The position numbers and the translations under genes are program-made. This document shows, piece by piece, positions 1 to 10,500 of a stretch of 64,000 nt of DNA. Below the pieces are notes generated by a model. It was not told the origin of the DNA and ran no database searches. It worked only from the letters and a program-made list of their open reading frames with translations. Positions within the stretch are counted from its first letter, which is position 1; each line of letters begins with the position of its first letter. Source of the DNA: an uncultured Candidatus Saccharibacteria bacterium (GTDB lineage Bacteria > Patescibacteriota > Minisyncoccia > Phycocordibacterales > Phycocordibacteraceae); contig CAZJKG010000003.1 in assembly GCA_964546795.1 (NCBI GenBank), positions 22,305 to 86,304 of the forward strand. Direction: 5' to 3'.

Positions 1-312
1 GGCGGCACGTGTTCCGATTCCGCGCTTAGTGCGCATCGCCTTGCGCTTACCCGGCACGTTCACGATGCGTATTTTCTTCGGGGCGACCGTGTAGATTTCC
101 TTCAGAGCGCTGGCTATCTCGGCCTTCGTCGCGCGTGCAGGAACTTCAAACGTATAAACGCCTTTCTCGGTCGCGATAAGCGCCTTTTCAGAGAACCACG
201 GCGCATGAATAATCTCGTGTGCGATGCCGCCGGAAAGTTTCGTAGTACGTGCGTAGTGTGTGCGCGCGACTTTCTTTTTTTCTTCTTTCTTTTTTGTGCC
301 GAAAATTGACAT
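1..312 (-). CDS. rplW: 50S ribosomal protein L23, partial (C-terminal end lies beyond the window start)
   Basis: Reverse-strand translation from ATG at 310-312: MSIFGTKKKEEKKKVARTHYARTTKLSGGIAHEIIHAPWFSEKALIATEKGVYTFEVPARATKAEIASALKEIYTVAPKKIRIVNVPGK..., a typical L23 core; sits directly downstream of rplD. Confidence 0.85.
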   Translation of the reverse strand, partial: MSIFGTKKKEEKKKVARTHYARTTKLSGGIAHEIIHAPWFSEKALIATEKGVYTFEVPARATKAEIASALKEIYTVAPKKIRIVNVPGKRKAMRTKRGIGTRAA

Positions 313-322
313 ACGTATGCGG

Positions 323-985
323 TTATGCGGACTTGGCGCGCGCAAGCAATACCTTGAACGCCGCCTCCGGATTTTCAATAACAAGATACTTGTGCGCAAG
401 TACGGCGACCGGATTGAGATTGCGCACTTCTTCCGTCATCACATTTCCGAAATTATGGAAACTCTTTGACACATTCGAGTCGTATGCAGCGAGCGCGAGG
501 AGGGCTGCATTCTTTTTCTTTGTCGTGAGCATATCGGCACCCGCGCTCTTCGCGAGCGCGACGAGCGTTCCTTTAGCTACTGCTGTCTTTGGTGCCGCGA
601 ACGTGAATTTTTCCACGAGAATGATCTCGCCGTCTTTGGCCTTCCGTGAAAGCACCGAGACGAGCGCGCCGATGCGCATTTTGCGATTTATCTTCTCGCT
701 ATAGTCACGCTCTGAGCGCGGACCGAAGGTGACACCGCCGTGGCGCCAAATAGGCGAGCGCGTGGAGCCGTGCCTGGCCTGGCCAGTGCCCTTCTGCTTC
801 CACGGCTTCTTGCCGCCGCCCGATACTTCGGCGCGATCTTTGGTATGAGCACGGTTCTGGCGCGCATTGGCTTGCATCGCAGTCGTGACCTGATGCACAA
901 GGTCGCTGCGCCATGGCGCGCCGAAAATACCCTCTGGGAGCGCGATACTACCGACCTTCTTTCCTTCCATGGAGAAAATCGGCAT
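323..985 (-). CDS. rplD: 50S ribosomal protein L4
   Basis: ORF 323..1117 has the L4 hallmark GGGKKPWKQKGTGQARHGS. The start is placed at the internal Met (MPIFSMEGKKVGSIALPEG), which matches canonical L4 N-termini. The upstream 1009-1059 is a hairpin repeated elsewhere in a non-coding context, so it is unlikely to be coding. Confidence 0.85.
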   Translation of the reverse strand: MPIFSMEGKKVGSIALPEGIFGAPWRSDLVHQVTTAMQANARQNRAHTKDRAEVSGGGKKPWKQKGTGQARHGSTRSPIWRHGGVTFGPRSERDYSEKINRKMRIGALVSVLSRKAKDGEIILVEKFTFAAPKTAVAKGTLVALAKSAGADMLTTKKKNAALLALAAYDSNVSKSFHNFGNVMTEEVRNLNPVAVLAHKYLVIENPEAAFKVLLARAKSA

Positions 986-1008
986 CTCAACAGAAGAGCT
1001 AGCGGGAG

Positions 1009-1059
1009 AAAAACCGGTAGTAGGACTCGGCTTAGCGGCCCGGAGCGCTACCGGTTTTT
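1009..1059. repeat. Hairpin repeat copy A: 12-bp stem AAAAACCGGTAG/CTACCGGTTTTT closing a 27-nt loop TAGGACTCGGCTTAGCGGCCCGGAGCG, in the rplC-rplD spacer
   Basis: The loop is 25/27 identical to the loop of the hairpin at 51071-51147. The stems differ but both pair perfectly. Confidence 0.6.
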
Positions 1060-1109
1060 TTCCTGCTGGCGACTTCGTGATTTTTTTGTGAGGGGCCATG
1101 GTATTCAAA

Positions 1110-1739
1110 TTACGCACTCACGACCTCAAGCACAGTGCCACGGCGACCCGGCACCGCGCCGGAAACGATGATCTTGCCCGCAGCCGCATCGACCACAAGC
1201 ACTTTGAGATTTTTCACGGTCACGCGGTCGGTGCCCATACGACCAGCCATGCGCATGCCTTTGGCGACACGACCTCCGGCGCGACCGCCCGAGCCGCCGA
1301 TGGAACCCGGACTGCGTTCGGTATGCTTCTGGCCGTGCGAGCGCGGGCCGCCATGGAAACCGTGACGCTTCACCACGCCAGCGAAGCCCTTGCCTTTTGT
1401 GAGACCGGAAATCTGCACGGTATCGCCGACGGCAAAGATATCTGCGTTGATTGTATTTCCTGCTACCTGCTCCTGCTCACTGCCTCCTTCGGGAATCCTA
1501 AATTCCCGAAGTGCCTTATATCCCTTGCCTTTCGTATGTCCGAGAACTGCCTTGCTGATGTTCTTTGTCCTACGAGTGCCGGTGCCGACTTGAATAGCTG
1601 CATAGCCGTCCTTGCCGTCTTTGGTCTTGACCTGAGTGACTACGACCGGATCTGCAGTGAGAATGGTCCCCGCATATGCGCGACCATCCTCCGCGAAAAT
1701 ACGCGTCATGCCTTCTTTCTTCGCGAGGATAAATTTCAT
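1110..1739 (-). CDS. rplC: 50S ribosomal protein L3
   Basis: 209 aa: MKFILAKKEGMTRIF...KGKGFAGVVKRHGFHGGPRSHGQ..., a classic L3. Confidence 0.95.
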   Translation of the reverse strand: MKFILAKKEGMTRIFAEDGRAYAGTILTADPVVVTQVKTKDGKDGYAAIQVGTGTRRTKNISKAVLGHTKGKGYKALREFRIPEGGSEQEQVAGNTINADIFAVGDTVQISGLTKGKGFAGVVKRHGFHGGPRSHGQKHTERSPGSIGGSGGRAGGRVAKGMRMAGRMGTDRVTVKNLKVLVVDAAAGKIIVSGAVPGRRGTVLEVVSA

Positions 1740-1878
1740 TTTTTATGGTGAGTACCATCGAACCAAAAGCAAAACGCGCAACAGCAAATCGCGTGCGCGA
1801 GTTGCCATAGGACCGGTCACAGACACCGTTCGTAGCGTTAGGAGCACTGTACAGGACGCATGAAAAAGATGCAAGAAA

Positions 1879-1910
1879 ACACACAACCACCCTTGCGGGC
1901 GGTTGTGTGT
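1879..1910 (-). terminator. Intrinsic-terminator-like hairpin in the 340-bp rpsJ-rplC spacer
   Basis: 10-bp stem ACACACAACC/GGTTGTGTGT with a 12-nt loop. On the transcribed (minus) strand it is followed by a U-rich tract (reverse complement of GAAAAAGATGCAAGAAAAC). Confidence 0.45.
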
Positions 1911-2081
1911 CGATTCAGCAGAATCGCCTATTGGGTTTCTTGGCAACCTTTTCGTTACACCATTCCCTCGACTGACTCGGGATTAGTTAAAACCATAGTC
2001 ACGCGGACGTTCCTTGGTTTTATACCATCTTTACCCCAGAACCACAACCTCGCTTCGCTCGGTTGGCTACGGGGCAGGCAT

Positions 2082-2522
2082 CTACACCATTTTAACGTCT
2101 ATAGTTACTCCAGACGGCAAATTTAAATTGGTGAGGGCCTCAACCACCTTTGGCGAGGGGTTCAGAATATCAATGAGGCGTTTATGAATGCGCATTTCGA
2201 ACTGTTCCCGTGCATCCTTATGGACGAACGTCGAGCGATTCACCGTCCAACGCTTGGTCTCGGTTGGCAACGGCACTGGGCCGACGACAACTGCGTCGAA
2301 GCGTACTGCGGTATCCATAATCTGCTTGACCGAGAGATCGAGAATCTTATGTTCGTAGGCGCGGACACGGATACGGAGCTTGTGCTCTATTGCCGGGACG
2401 GCGGGTGCAACTACTTTCTTCGCTCGCTTGGCCGCGGGAGTAGAAACGTGCGCCGCCTTTGCACTCTTGGCAGGTGCTTTTTTGGTGGCTGTTTTTTTCT
2501 TCGCTGCCGTCGCTGTTGCCAT
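2082..2522 (-). CDS. rpsJ: 30S ribosomal protein S10 with a Lys/Ala-rich N-terminal extension
   Basis: The core KLRIRVRAYEHKILD...VVGPVPLPTETKRWTVNRSTFVHKDAREQFEMRIHKRLIDI matches S10. About 45 extra N-terminal residues (MATATAAKKKTATKK...). The ORF begins 28 bp after tuf. Confidence 0.9.
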   Translation of the reverse strand: MATATAAKKKTATKKAPAKSAKAAHVSTPAAKRAKKVVAPAVPAIEHKLRIRVRAYEHKILDLSVKQIMDTAVRFDAVVVGPVPLPTETKRWTVNRSTFVHKDAREQFEMRIHKRLIDILNPSPKVVEALTNLNLPSGVTIDVKMV

Positions 2523-2550
2523 GTTGCAATATGCTTCGCTATTGCACTGC

Positions 2551-3750
<1,200 letters not shown>

Positions 3751-3966
3751 AATCGGATAAATTAAATTGGTAATTCACGAACGATCCGACGTGAGTCGGA
3801 ACAATCTCCAGGGCGTGCCGACTCACAAAAGCAGACAAGCCAAAGAGCGACGCCAAGATGCGTTATAAGCACTATACGCAAGGCCGTACACAAATGCAAG
3901 AGTTTATAAAACAAGAAAGCCGCCCGACGAGCGACCTTCTGTCGTTGCTCGTGGCAGCTTCGTGCA

Positions 3967-4170
3967 CTACTCGGACTTTGGCATCTTTGTTTTCTGAAGA
4001 GCATCCTCGGCACGAAAAGAACGAATCATCTCTCCGTAGAACTCTTCGGATATGTCGGCTCTGACCGTCAGCGTTATCAAATGCCCGCCAATAATAGGCA
4101 CCCCTTTCTTCTCCAGATACCTGCAGACCCGATCGAACATTATGTGCGAACGAACCTCTATTGTCGCCAT
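3967..4170 (-). CDS. Small hypothetical protein (67 aa) inserted between fusA and tuf
   Basis: MATIEVRSHIMFDRVCRYLEKKGVPIIGGHLITLTV.... Strong SD AAAGGAGG lies 8 nt before the ATG. The residue pattern resembles a ferredoxin-like beta-alpha-beta fold. No family recognised. Confidence 0.5.
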   Translation of the reverse strand: MATIEVRSHIMFDRVCRYLEKKGVPIIGGHLITLTVRADISEEFYGEMIRSFRAEDALQKTKMPKSE

Positions 4171-4277
4171 ATTTCTCGCCTCCTTTAGCTTGGGGGTGTC
4201 CGTATTTAAAAACCTTCCAAAGGAGTAGCAAGTTTCTTTTGCAGCCCTACAAGGTTCAACCTTGTTAAAAAGTAGGA

Positions 4278-6425
4278 TTATTTTCGGGACGCAATAATAT
4301 CGGCTGCGACGTTGTTCGGCACTGTTTCGTAGTGATCAAATTCCATAGTCATGCTTCCACGGCCTTCGGTCATAGAGCGAAGCGTGGTAGTGTAGCCGAA
4401 CATTTCGGAAAGCGGAACTTTGGCGCGCACCACTTTATTTAGGCCGCGTTCATCCATACCCTCTATCTGACCGCGCTTGCCCGAGAGGTTGCCGGTGATA
4501 TCACCCATGAACTGCTCCGGCACGATGACTTCAATGCGCATGATTGGTTCCAGGATAACGGGCTTGGCTTTTTGTGCGGCCTCCTTAAACGCCATGGATG
4601 CAGCGATTTTAAAAGCGATTTCCGAAGAGTCCACATCGTGATACGAACCGTCATAGAGCTCTACGGAGATATCAACCATCGGGAAGCCAGCGAGAAATCC
4701 ACGCGCCATCGCTTCGCGCACGCCCTTTTCCACCGCCGGGATGTATTCCTGTGGGACGACGCCGCCTTTGATGTTGTTAATGAATTCAAAATGGTCTTCG
4801 CGCGTCGTGTTCTTGGAGACCTTCTTGTCCGGATCAACCGCCTCCATCTTCTTCATCTTGATTTTGACGTGGCCATACTGACCGCGTCCGCCCGTCTGCT
4901 TAATGTACTTCCCTTCGGCCTCGGAGGCGCCGAGGATGGTCTCGCGATATGCCACTTGCGGCTTCCCTACATCTGCGACGACATTGAACTCGCGCTTCAT
5001 GCGGTCAACGAGAATTTCTAGGTGCAGCTCGCCCATGCCGGAGATGATGGTCTCGGAGGTCTCTTCGTCGGTCTTGATGCGGAAGGTTGGGTCCTCGTCC
5101 GAGAGTTTCCGAAGTGCCATACCCATCTTTTCCTGATCCGCTTTCGTTTTCGGCTCAATCCGCAGAGACACCACCGGCTCAGGGAACTTAATCTCTTCAA
5201 GCATGATTGGATTCGCCTCGTCACAGAGCGTATGGGACGTTTTCGTATCCTTGAGGCCTACAGCCGCGGCTATTTCACCGGTAAATACTTTCTCAACCTC
5301 TTCGCGCTTATCGGCCTGGAGACGCACGATACGACTAATTCGTTCTTTGGAACCAGTAGTTGAATTATAGACATATGAACCGGCGGTGAGTGTGCCTGAA
5401 TAGACACGGAAAAAGGTAAGAGCGCCGACGAAGGGGTCGGTTTGGAGTTTAAAGGCGAGCGCACAGAACGGCTCGTCGTCTGACGCGTGGCGCTCGATCG
5501 GCTCGCCCGTCTTCGGGTTCTTCCCGGTTGCGGGCGGCAGGTCTAAAGGCGACGGAAGATAATCAACGACGGCATCGAGCACTAGTTGTACGCCCTTATT
5601 CTTAAGTGCGCTCCCGCAGTAGACCGGGAATATCTCGTTATGGATGACTGCTTTGCGCAGGATGGATTTCAATTCCGCGAGCGTTGGCTCCTTACCCTCA
5701 AGATAGGCGGTCATCGCCGTATCATCTTGCTCGACGATACGCTCTATAAGCGCGGCACGATATTTCTTCGCATCCTCAAGAAGCGCTGCTGGGATTTCAT
5801 CCTGTATCACTTCCTCGCCCATATTCCCCGAGAAGGTGTAGGCCTTCATCGTAAGTAAATCGACAACTCCTTCGTGCGCCGCCTCTTCGCCGATAGGAAT
5901 TTGCATGCGAATGGCCTTGGGTGAAAGTCGGTCGAGGATGCTCGTGTAGGAATTCTCAAACGATGCGCCGGTGCGATCAAGCTTGTTAATGAAACAAACG
6001 CGCGGCACTGCGGCCTCATCCGCATAGCGCCAGTTGGTCTCGGACTGCGGCTCAACGCCTGCGACGCCGTCAAAGACGACTATGGCTCCATCCAAGACAC
6101 GCATAGAACGCTTCACTTCGGCAGTGAAATCGATGTGTCCGGGAGTATCAATGACATTGAAACGATATTTCTTGGAGGTATCAACTTTGTCCTTCTCGTC
6201 CGTTTTCACCCAGAAACAAGTGATGGCGGCGGCCGTAATGGTGATGCCGCGTTCGCGCTCCTGCTCCATCCAGTCGGTCGTCGTATCGCCCTCATGCACT
6301 TCCCCGATTTTGTGCTGACTGCCCGTATAGAAAAGTACGCGTTCGCTGGTCGTCGTCTTCCCCGCGTCAATGTGAGCAATAATTCCAAAATTTCTAACTC
6401 GCTCTAATGGATAATCCCGGTTCAT
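4278..6425 (-). CDS. fusA: Elongation factor G
   Basis: 715 aa, [10 protein letters not shown]; full-length EF-G. Confidence 0.97.
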   Translation of the reverse strand: MNRDYPLERVRNFGIIAHIDAGKTTTSERVLFYTGSQHKIGEVHEGDTTTDWMEQERERGITITAAAITCFWVKTDEKDKVDTSKKYRFNVIDTPGHIDFTAEVKRSMRVLDGAIVVFDGVAGVEPQSETNWRYADEAAVPRVCFINKLDRTGASFENSYTSILDRLSPKAIRMQIPIGEEAAHEGVVDLLTMKAYTFSGNMGEEVIQDEIPAALLEDAKKYRAALIERIVEQDDTAMTAYLEGKEPTLAELKSILRKAVIHNEIFPVYCGSALKNKGVQLVLDAVVDYLPSPLDLPPATGKNPKTGEPIERHASDDEPFCALAFKLQTDPFVGALTFFRVYSGTLTAGSYVYNSTTGSKERISRIVRLQADKREEVEKVFTGEIAAAVGLKDTKTSHTLCDEANPIMLEEIKFPEPVVSLRIEPKTKADQEKMGMALRKLSDEDPTFRIKTDEETSETIISGMGELHLEILVDRMKREFNVVADVGKPQVAYRETILGASEAEGKYIKQTGGRGQYGHVKIKMKKMEAVDPDKKVSKNTTREDHFEFINNIKGGVVPQEYIPAVEKGVREAMARGFLAGFPMVDISVELYDGSYHDVDSSEIAFKIAASMAFKEAAQKAKPVILEPIMRIEVIVPEQFMGDITGNLSGKRGQIEGMDERGLNKVVRAKVPLSEMFGYTTTLRSMTEGRGSMTMEFDHYETVPNNVAADIIASRK

Positions 6426-6474
6426 GATTTAAAAGTAATCCTTCGACAAGCTCAGGATGATTTTGATTACAAAA

Positions 6475-6939
6475 TCACCACGCGAAGTGAGCAAAGGCCT
6501 TGTTGGCCTCGGCCATGCGGTGCATCTCGTCCTTCTTCTTTATCGCGTCGCCTTCATTCTTTGCGGCAAGCAAGAGTTCGGTAGCGAGCTTATCCTTCAT
6601 CGGCTTTCCCTTCTTCGCGCGAGCGGCGTTGATAAGCCAGCGGAATGAGAGTGCAAGACGGCGATTCTGCGGAACTTCACGCGGCACCTGGTAATTCGCT
6701 CCGCCGACGCGTCGCGAACGAACTTCCATCAAAGGCGATACGTTGCGGAGTGCCGCTTCAAATGTCTCCAGAGGATTAGCGCCATCCTTTTCTATTACGG
6801 CGAGTGCTCCATAGACGACCGCGCGTGCAGTATCTTTTTTGCCGTCCCACATGACGGCATTGATGAAACGAGTGAGCGTCTCCGAACCGTACTTGAGGTC
6901 CGGGCGCCAGGTGCGCTTCTTTTTAAGGGGACGTCGCAT
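6475..6939 (-). CDS. rpsG: 30S ribosomal protein S7
   Basis: 154 aa, S7 pattern; canonical str operon position. Confidence 0.95.
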   Translation of the reverse strand: MRRPLKKKRTWRPDLKYGSETLTRFINAVMWDGKKDTARAVVYGALAVIEKDGANPLETFEAALRNVSPLMEVRSRRVGGANYQVPREVPQNRRLALSFRWLINAARAKKGKPMKDKLATELLLAAKNEGDAIKKKDEMHRMAEANKAFAHFAW

Positions 6940-6941
6940 GG

Positions 6942-7355
6942 TTATTTCGCAGTGGGACGCTTGGCGCCGTAGCGCGAGCGCGAGCGGCGGCGCTTCTCGA
7001 GACCTGCAGTGTCGAGTTTCCCGCGCACGACGGTATACTGGACGCCGACGTCCTTCACGCGGCCACCGCGAAGCAATACGACCGAGTGTTCCTGCAAGTT
7101 GTGTCCCTCGCCTGGGATATAGGCGGTTACTTCCATACCGTTCGTGAGACGTACACGAGCGATCTTGCGGATAGCGGAGTTCGGCTTCCTTGGTGTCTTT
7201 GTGGTCACTTTCGTGCAGACACCGCGCTTGAAAGGCGAAGCGTAATACGTCGGACGATTCTTGAGCGCATTAAAACCACGCGCAAGAGCGGGCACGGTCG
7301 TTTTGCGCGACCGGTCCTTCCGACCTCTCTTAGAAAGTTGATTGATGGTTGCCAT
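6942..7355 (-). CDS. rpsL: 30S ribosomal protein S12
   Basis: 137 aa: [24 protein letters not shown]...[16 protein letters not shown]... Confidence 0.95.
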   Translation of the reverse strand: MATINQLSKRGRKDRSRKTTVPALARGFNALKNRPTYYASPFKRGVCTKVTTKTPRKPNSAIRKIARVRLTNGMEVTAYIPGEGHNLQEHSVVLLRGGRVKDVGVQYTVVRGKLDTAGLEKRRRSRSRYGAKRPTAK

Positions 7356-7463
7356 TTCGCTTGGTAGTAGAAAAAGAAGACCCCGTGCCTACCGGCAGGC
7401 AGGCGAGGCGGGTCAAGAGCAATATAAGGGAGTAACGCAGGAAATGCAAACGACGGCCTAAGA

Positions 7464-8339
7464 TTATTCGATTGGCTCGCGGTAGGGGTCAGTGGCGTAC
7501 GGTTTTGATGGAGCCGGAGATAGTGCGGGAGTCGCAGACGCACTCGTTGTCGGAGGAACAGCTTTTGGTTCCATGTTTCCTTGCGGAACCATGACGGGAG
7601 ATGCGACTCTGGGAGGAACCGTAAATGACGGACGGCCGCCGGCAGGAATAACGCCGGAGGGCATTGCGCCGGGCAGATTCGCCGGCGACATGCTTCTGGA
7701 CATTTCATTTTTCGTCGGAATCGGAAATGGTGCGGCTGGAGGTGTTGTTCTTATGGGAGCTGGGGACGATGGCGCAGCGGTCTTGCCGAATTCTATATGT
7801 GGCTCCTCATGGTCCTCAAGCAATGTGTTGCTGTTTATCGGTTTTGAAGTTCCTATCATAGTTGGTCGTTGTGAGTTCCCCATGACTTTTGAAGAAGGGA
7901 CAGTAGGTGATGATGGACGAAGAGGAATCTTGTTCTCCAGATGAAAATGACTTGCAGTGCCAGGGACGGGTATAGATACCGGAGGCGGCATAGTCGGTAC
8001 CAGCGTTTCTTTGTTTATTTGCGCGCTTTTCATTTCTTCCTGCCGCAAGGGAATAAAAACTTCTTGGTTAACATCGTTAATGATATCTAAAACGGTCTGT
8101 CTTGATACGGGCAACTGCGCATACAGTTCTGCTGCGAATTCATCCGGACTTTTTAGACCGAGAAGGAGGAACATGAGCTCCCGTTCAAGAATTGTTCCCT
8201 GGTCTATATGGAGCGCATACCGTTCCATAAGGAGACGAGCCGTTGCACCGAGTTTACGGTCCTCAAAAAATTTCTGGATAGGTAACGGTAATGTTGGAAG
8301 TATCTGGCGAATACTCTCTTCCAATGTTAGTTCAGCCAT
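7464..8339 (-). CDS. Hypothetical protein with a Pro/Ser/Thr-rich low-complexity C-terminal half
   Basis: 291 aa. N-terminal ~120 aa look globular; the C-terminal half is proline-rich. Last gene of a four-gene minus-strand operon. Confidence 0.55.
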   Translation of the reverse strand: MAELTLEESIRQILPTLPLPIQKFFEDRKLGATARLLMERYALHIDQGTILERELMFLLLGLKSPDEFAAELYAQLPVSRQTVLDIINDVNQEVFIPLRQEEMKSAQINKETLVPTMPPPVSIPVPGTASHFHLENKIPLRPSSPTVPSSKVMGNSQRPTMIGTSKPINSNTLLEDHEEPHIEFGKTAAPSSPAPIRTTPPAAPFPIPTKNEMSRSMSPANLPGAMPSGVIPAGGRPSFTVPPRVASPVMVPQGNMEPKAVPPTTSASATPALSPAPSKPYATDPYREPIE

Positions 8340-8348
8340 AAGATTTTA

Positions 8349-10499
8349 TTACTTAGATTTTTCTTCACTACCTGAATCCGCTTTTATCTTCTCATCCGCT
8401 TTCCCGAGTATCGCCTCAAGTTGGTCCAGCTTTTTCTGGCTCTTATCCTTTTGTGAATCGCTAATAATTTTACCGGCAGCTTCTCGCCTTGCTGAACCGA
8501 CTGCTGTTGTCCAATCATATGGCGCACGAGGAATCCCGAGGAACGATTTTTCCTGAAGCGCTTTTCCATACTGCTCCTGATTCTTTTCAGTGCTGTTATT
8601 TTTTATAATTATGTCTTGAGCGGCTATCGCGGCTCCGAAACGGTTCTTTTCTGTCTCAATTTTCTTACGAATTGGGTCTAGTTTTTCGCGTTCTTTGTCT
8701 TTAAGATCATCATGGATACGCGCATTATTATTGTATGCCGTTTCTGCATTTCTAATCTGATCTGCATTCCCGAATTTGCGTGCCGCCTCAAGTTCTTGCT
8801 GTTTGAGTTTTAGTTCTTCTCTGCTCGCGTCAATAATCTTTTGTGATGTTTTGAGTTGTGTCTGTTCCTCAACTCCAAGCGCAGCTATATTTTTATCATG
8901 CTCCGTCTCCAGCTGTTCTTTCATCGTCTTGGCTTGTGCAGTCGCATTTTTTTGCTCCTGTGATTGAACAAGTCCTTTGGCGTATTCTGTACGGGCTTTA
9001 ACCAATTCTTCCTCTCGCCCTCGATATCCGCCTTTTTGTGCCTCTCCGGCTTCAATACCAGCCGCTTTTAGACCACCAAGTGTTGTAGCGCCGCGGATAT
9101 CGAAACTCGCTTTCGCTCCGCGATCAGCAACCCCTGCAAGAAGCCGGCCCGTTTCGCTACGACCCAATGAACTGGAACGAATTTTGCGAGCAGCAAAATT
9201 AGACACACGCCCGACAGTGCGACGACCAACAAATGCGGTTGCCCCGAAGCTGAGTTTGCCGGCGCTCTTCATCGCCCAGCCGGCGCCGAATGCAGAGAGT
9301 TTTTTTGAAAAAATGGAGACGGCAGCGAGGAGTCCCATCGCGACAAGGAAGGAAATCAGTATCCTCGCGAAGCCGGGTAAATTAAATGTTCCTCTCGGGT
9401 CCTGAATAAATCCCAAATAGTCCGGCTTTGCGCCACCAAGGGAATCAAATAGGAAAGAATCGTTAGTGATGACGAGAAGAGCTATGTAGAGCAGGAGTAA
9501 TAAGATCGGTGCGGTGATGGTCTGATCAAAAAGGGCCTTCCACCATTTATTCGCCGTGGGAGCGAGCTGTGGTATCGCGAGTCCCGCAAAGCCGATAGGC
9601 GCGAGAATGATGAGGAAGATGAGAGCGACGAAACGCGCAATGAGTATGAATGCGAGCGAAAATATCACGAACGCCGCGACGATGAAAAGCAGAATGCCCA
9701 TGATACCTATCAAACCGATATTGTCGGCTTTAAATAATTCTTTGCTTTTTTCTGAATCGAGTGCGGCACCATACAGGGTTTGAAGCCCCAGTTGGGACAT
9801 AATCTTGCTCGAGATGGTCTCATTTGAGATTGAACTTTTATTCCCCGCCGCAACGCCACCGTTTATCTGCGTATAGAACTGGGTCGCGAAGAGATTGCCC
9901 GTATCTATGACCGCCTCGGATATGAAAAGTGAGAAGTTGAGAAAGACGGCGGCGACCAGGAGCATCGGGAGAAATTTCTTTCTGTCGCCGTACCAGTCCA
10001 CATTCAAAATGGTGGTGATGCCGACAGCGAGGAAGCCGAATATGAGCGTGATGTTACCGATGTCGCGCAGAATACTCCAAGCGACGCCAATGGCCGGAAG
10101 ATTGTTTATATAAGACCCCATCTTAACGACGGTGTAGAGCACTGCGTAATCGAGCGTGACCATCGCGACACCCAAGAGCCAGGCGAAAATGGTCATAAGG
10201 AACGTCATGACAGAAGCGAAGACGCCACCTGCTTGGAAAGGAAGCGGGATGCCAGCGGATGCCGCATCTGCATTAGCATTAATTTGCGCCTGGAGGGGAG
10301 CAATTGCGGAAAGATCAGCGGCGGCGCCAGCAGTACTCGGCGGTTTGCAGGCCTGTGTGCGATTTCCGACTGGAACACATTGAGCGTTTTCATCAAGGGA
10401 ACATCCCGATTCGCAAGTTTGGGCAAGCACGGCGGGCGCTGCGCCCGCCGTGCTTATGACGAACGTGAGAATAATGAATGGGACGGTGAAGCGACGCAT
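8349..10499 (-). CDS. Large polytopic membrane protein, VirB6/TrbL-like architecture
   Basis: Start placed at MRRFTVPFIILTFVISTAGA (signal peptide, then a Cys-rich segment). At least 6 long hydrophobic helices, then a hydrophilic K/E/Q-rich coiled-coil C-terminus. The architecture resembles T4SS VirB6/TrbL. Begins 1 nt after the upstream gene's stop. Confidence 0.55.
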   Translation of the reverse strand: MRRFTVPFIILTFVISTAGAAPAVLAQTCESGCSLDENAQCVPVGNRTQACKPPSTAGAAADLSAIAPLQAQINANADAASAGIPLPFQAGGVFASVMTFLMTIFAWLLGVAMVTLDYAVLYTVVKMGSYINNLPAIGVAWSILRDIGNITLIFGFLAVGITTILNVDWYGDRKKFLPMLLVAAVFLNFSLFISEAVIDTGNLFATQFYTQINGGVAAGNKSSISNETISSKIMSQLGLQTLYGAALDSEKSKELFKADNIGLIGIMGILLFIVAAFVIFSLAFILIARFVALIFLIILAPIGFAGLAIPQLAPTANKWWKALFDQTITAPILLLLLYIALLVITNDSFLFDSLGGAKPDYLGFIQDPRGTFNLPGFARILISFLVAMGLLAAVSIFSKKLSAFGAGWAMKSAGKLSFGATAFVGRRTVGRVSNFAARKIRSSSLGRSETGRLLAGVADRGAKASFDIRGATTLGGLKAAGIEAGEAQKGGYRGREEELVKARTEYAKGLVQSQEQKNATAQAKTMKEQLETEHDKNIAALGVEEQTQLKTSQKIIDASREELKLKQQELEAARKFGNADQIRNAETAYNNNARIHDDLKDKEREKLDPIRKKIETEKNRFGAAIAAQDIIIKNNSTEKNQEQYGKALQEKSFLGIPRAPYDWTTAVGSARREAAGKIISDSQKDKSQKKLDQLEAILGKADEKIKADSGSEEKSK

Positions 10500-10500
10500 A

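Noticed and set aside
986-1117. Longer L4 starts at 1099 or 1117, giving an N-terminal extension (MAPHKKITKSPAGKKPVALRAAKPSPTT...)
   Set aside because: 1117 overlaps rplC. The extension would translate the 1009-1059 hairpin, whose loop recurs in a clearly non-coding terminator after rpmB. The canonical L4 N-terminus begins at the Met at 985.
249-1751. Plus-strand ORFs (249..704, 740..1171, 1098..1751 and similar) overlapping the minus-strand L4/L3 genes
   Set aside because: They are antisense shadows of clearly identified ribosomal protein genes in GC-rich DNA. Their translations are Arg/Ala/Ser-rich with no recognisable family.
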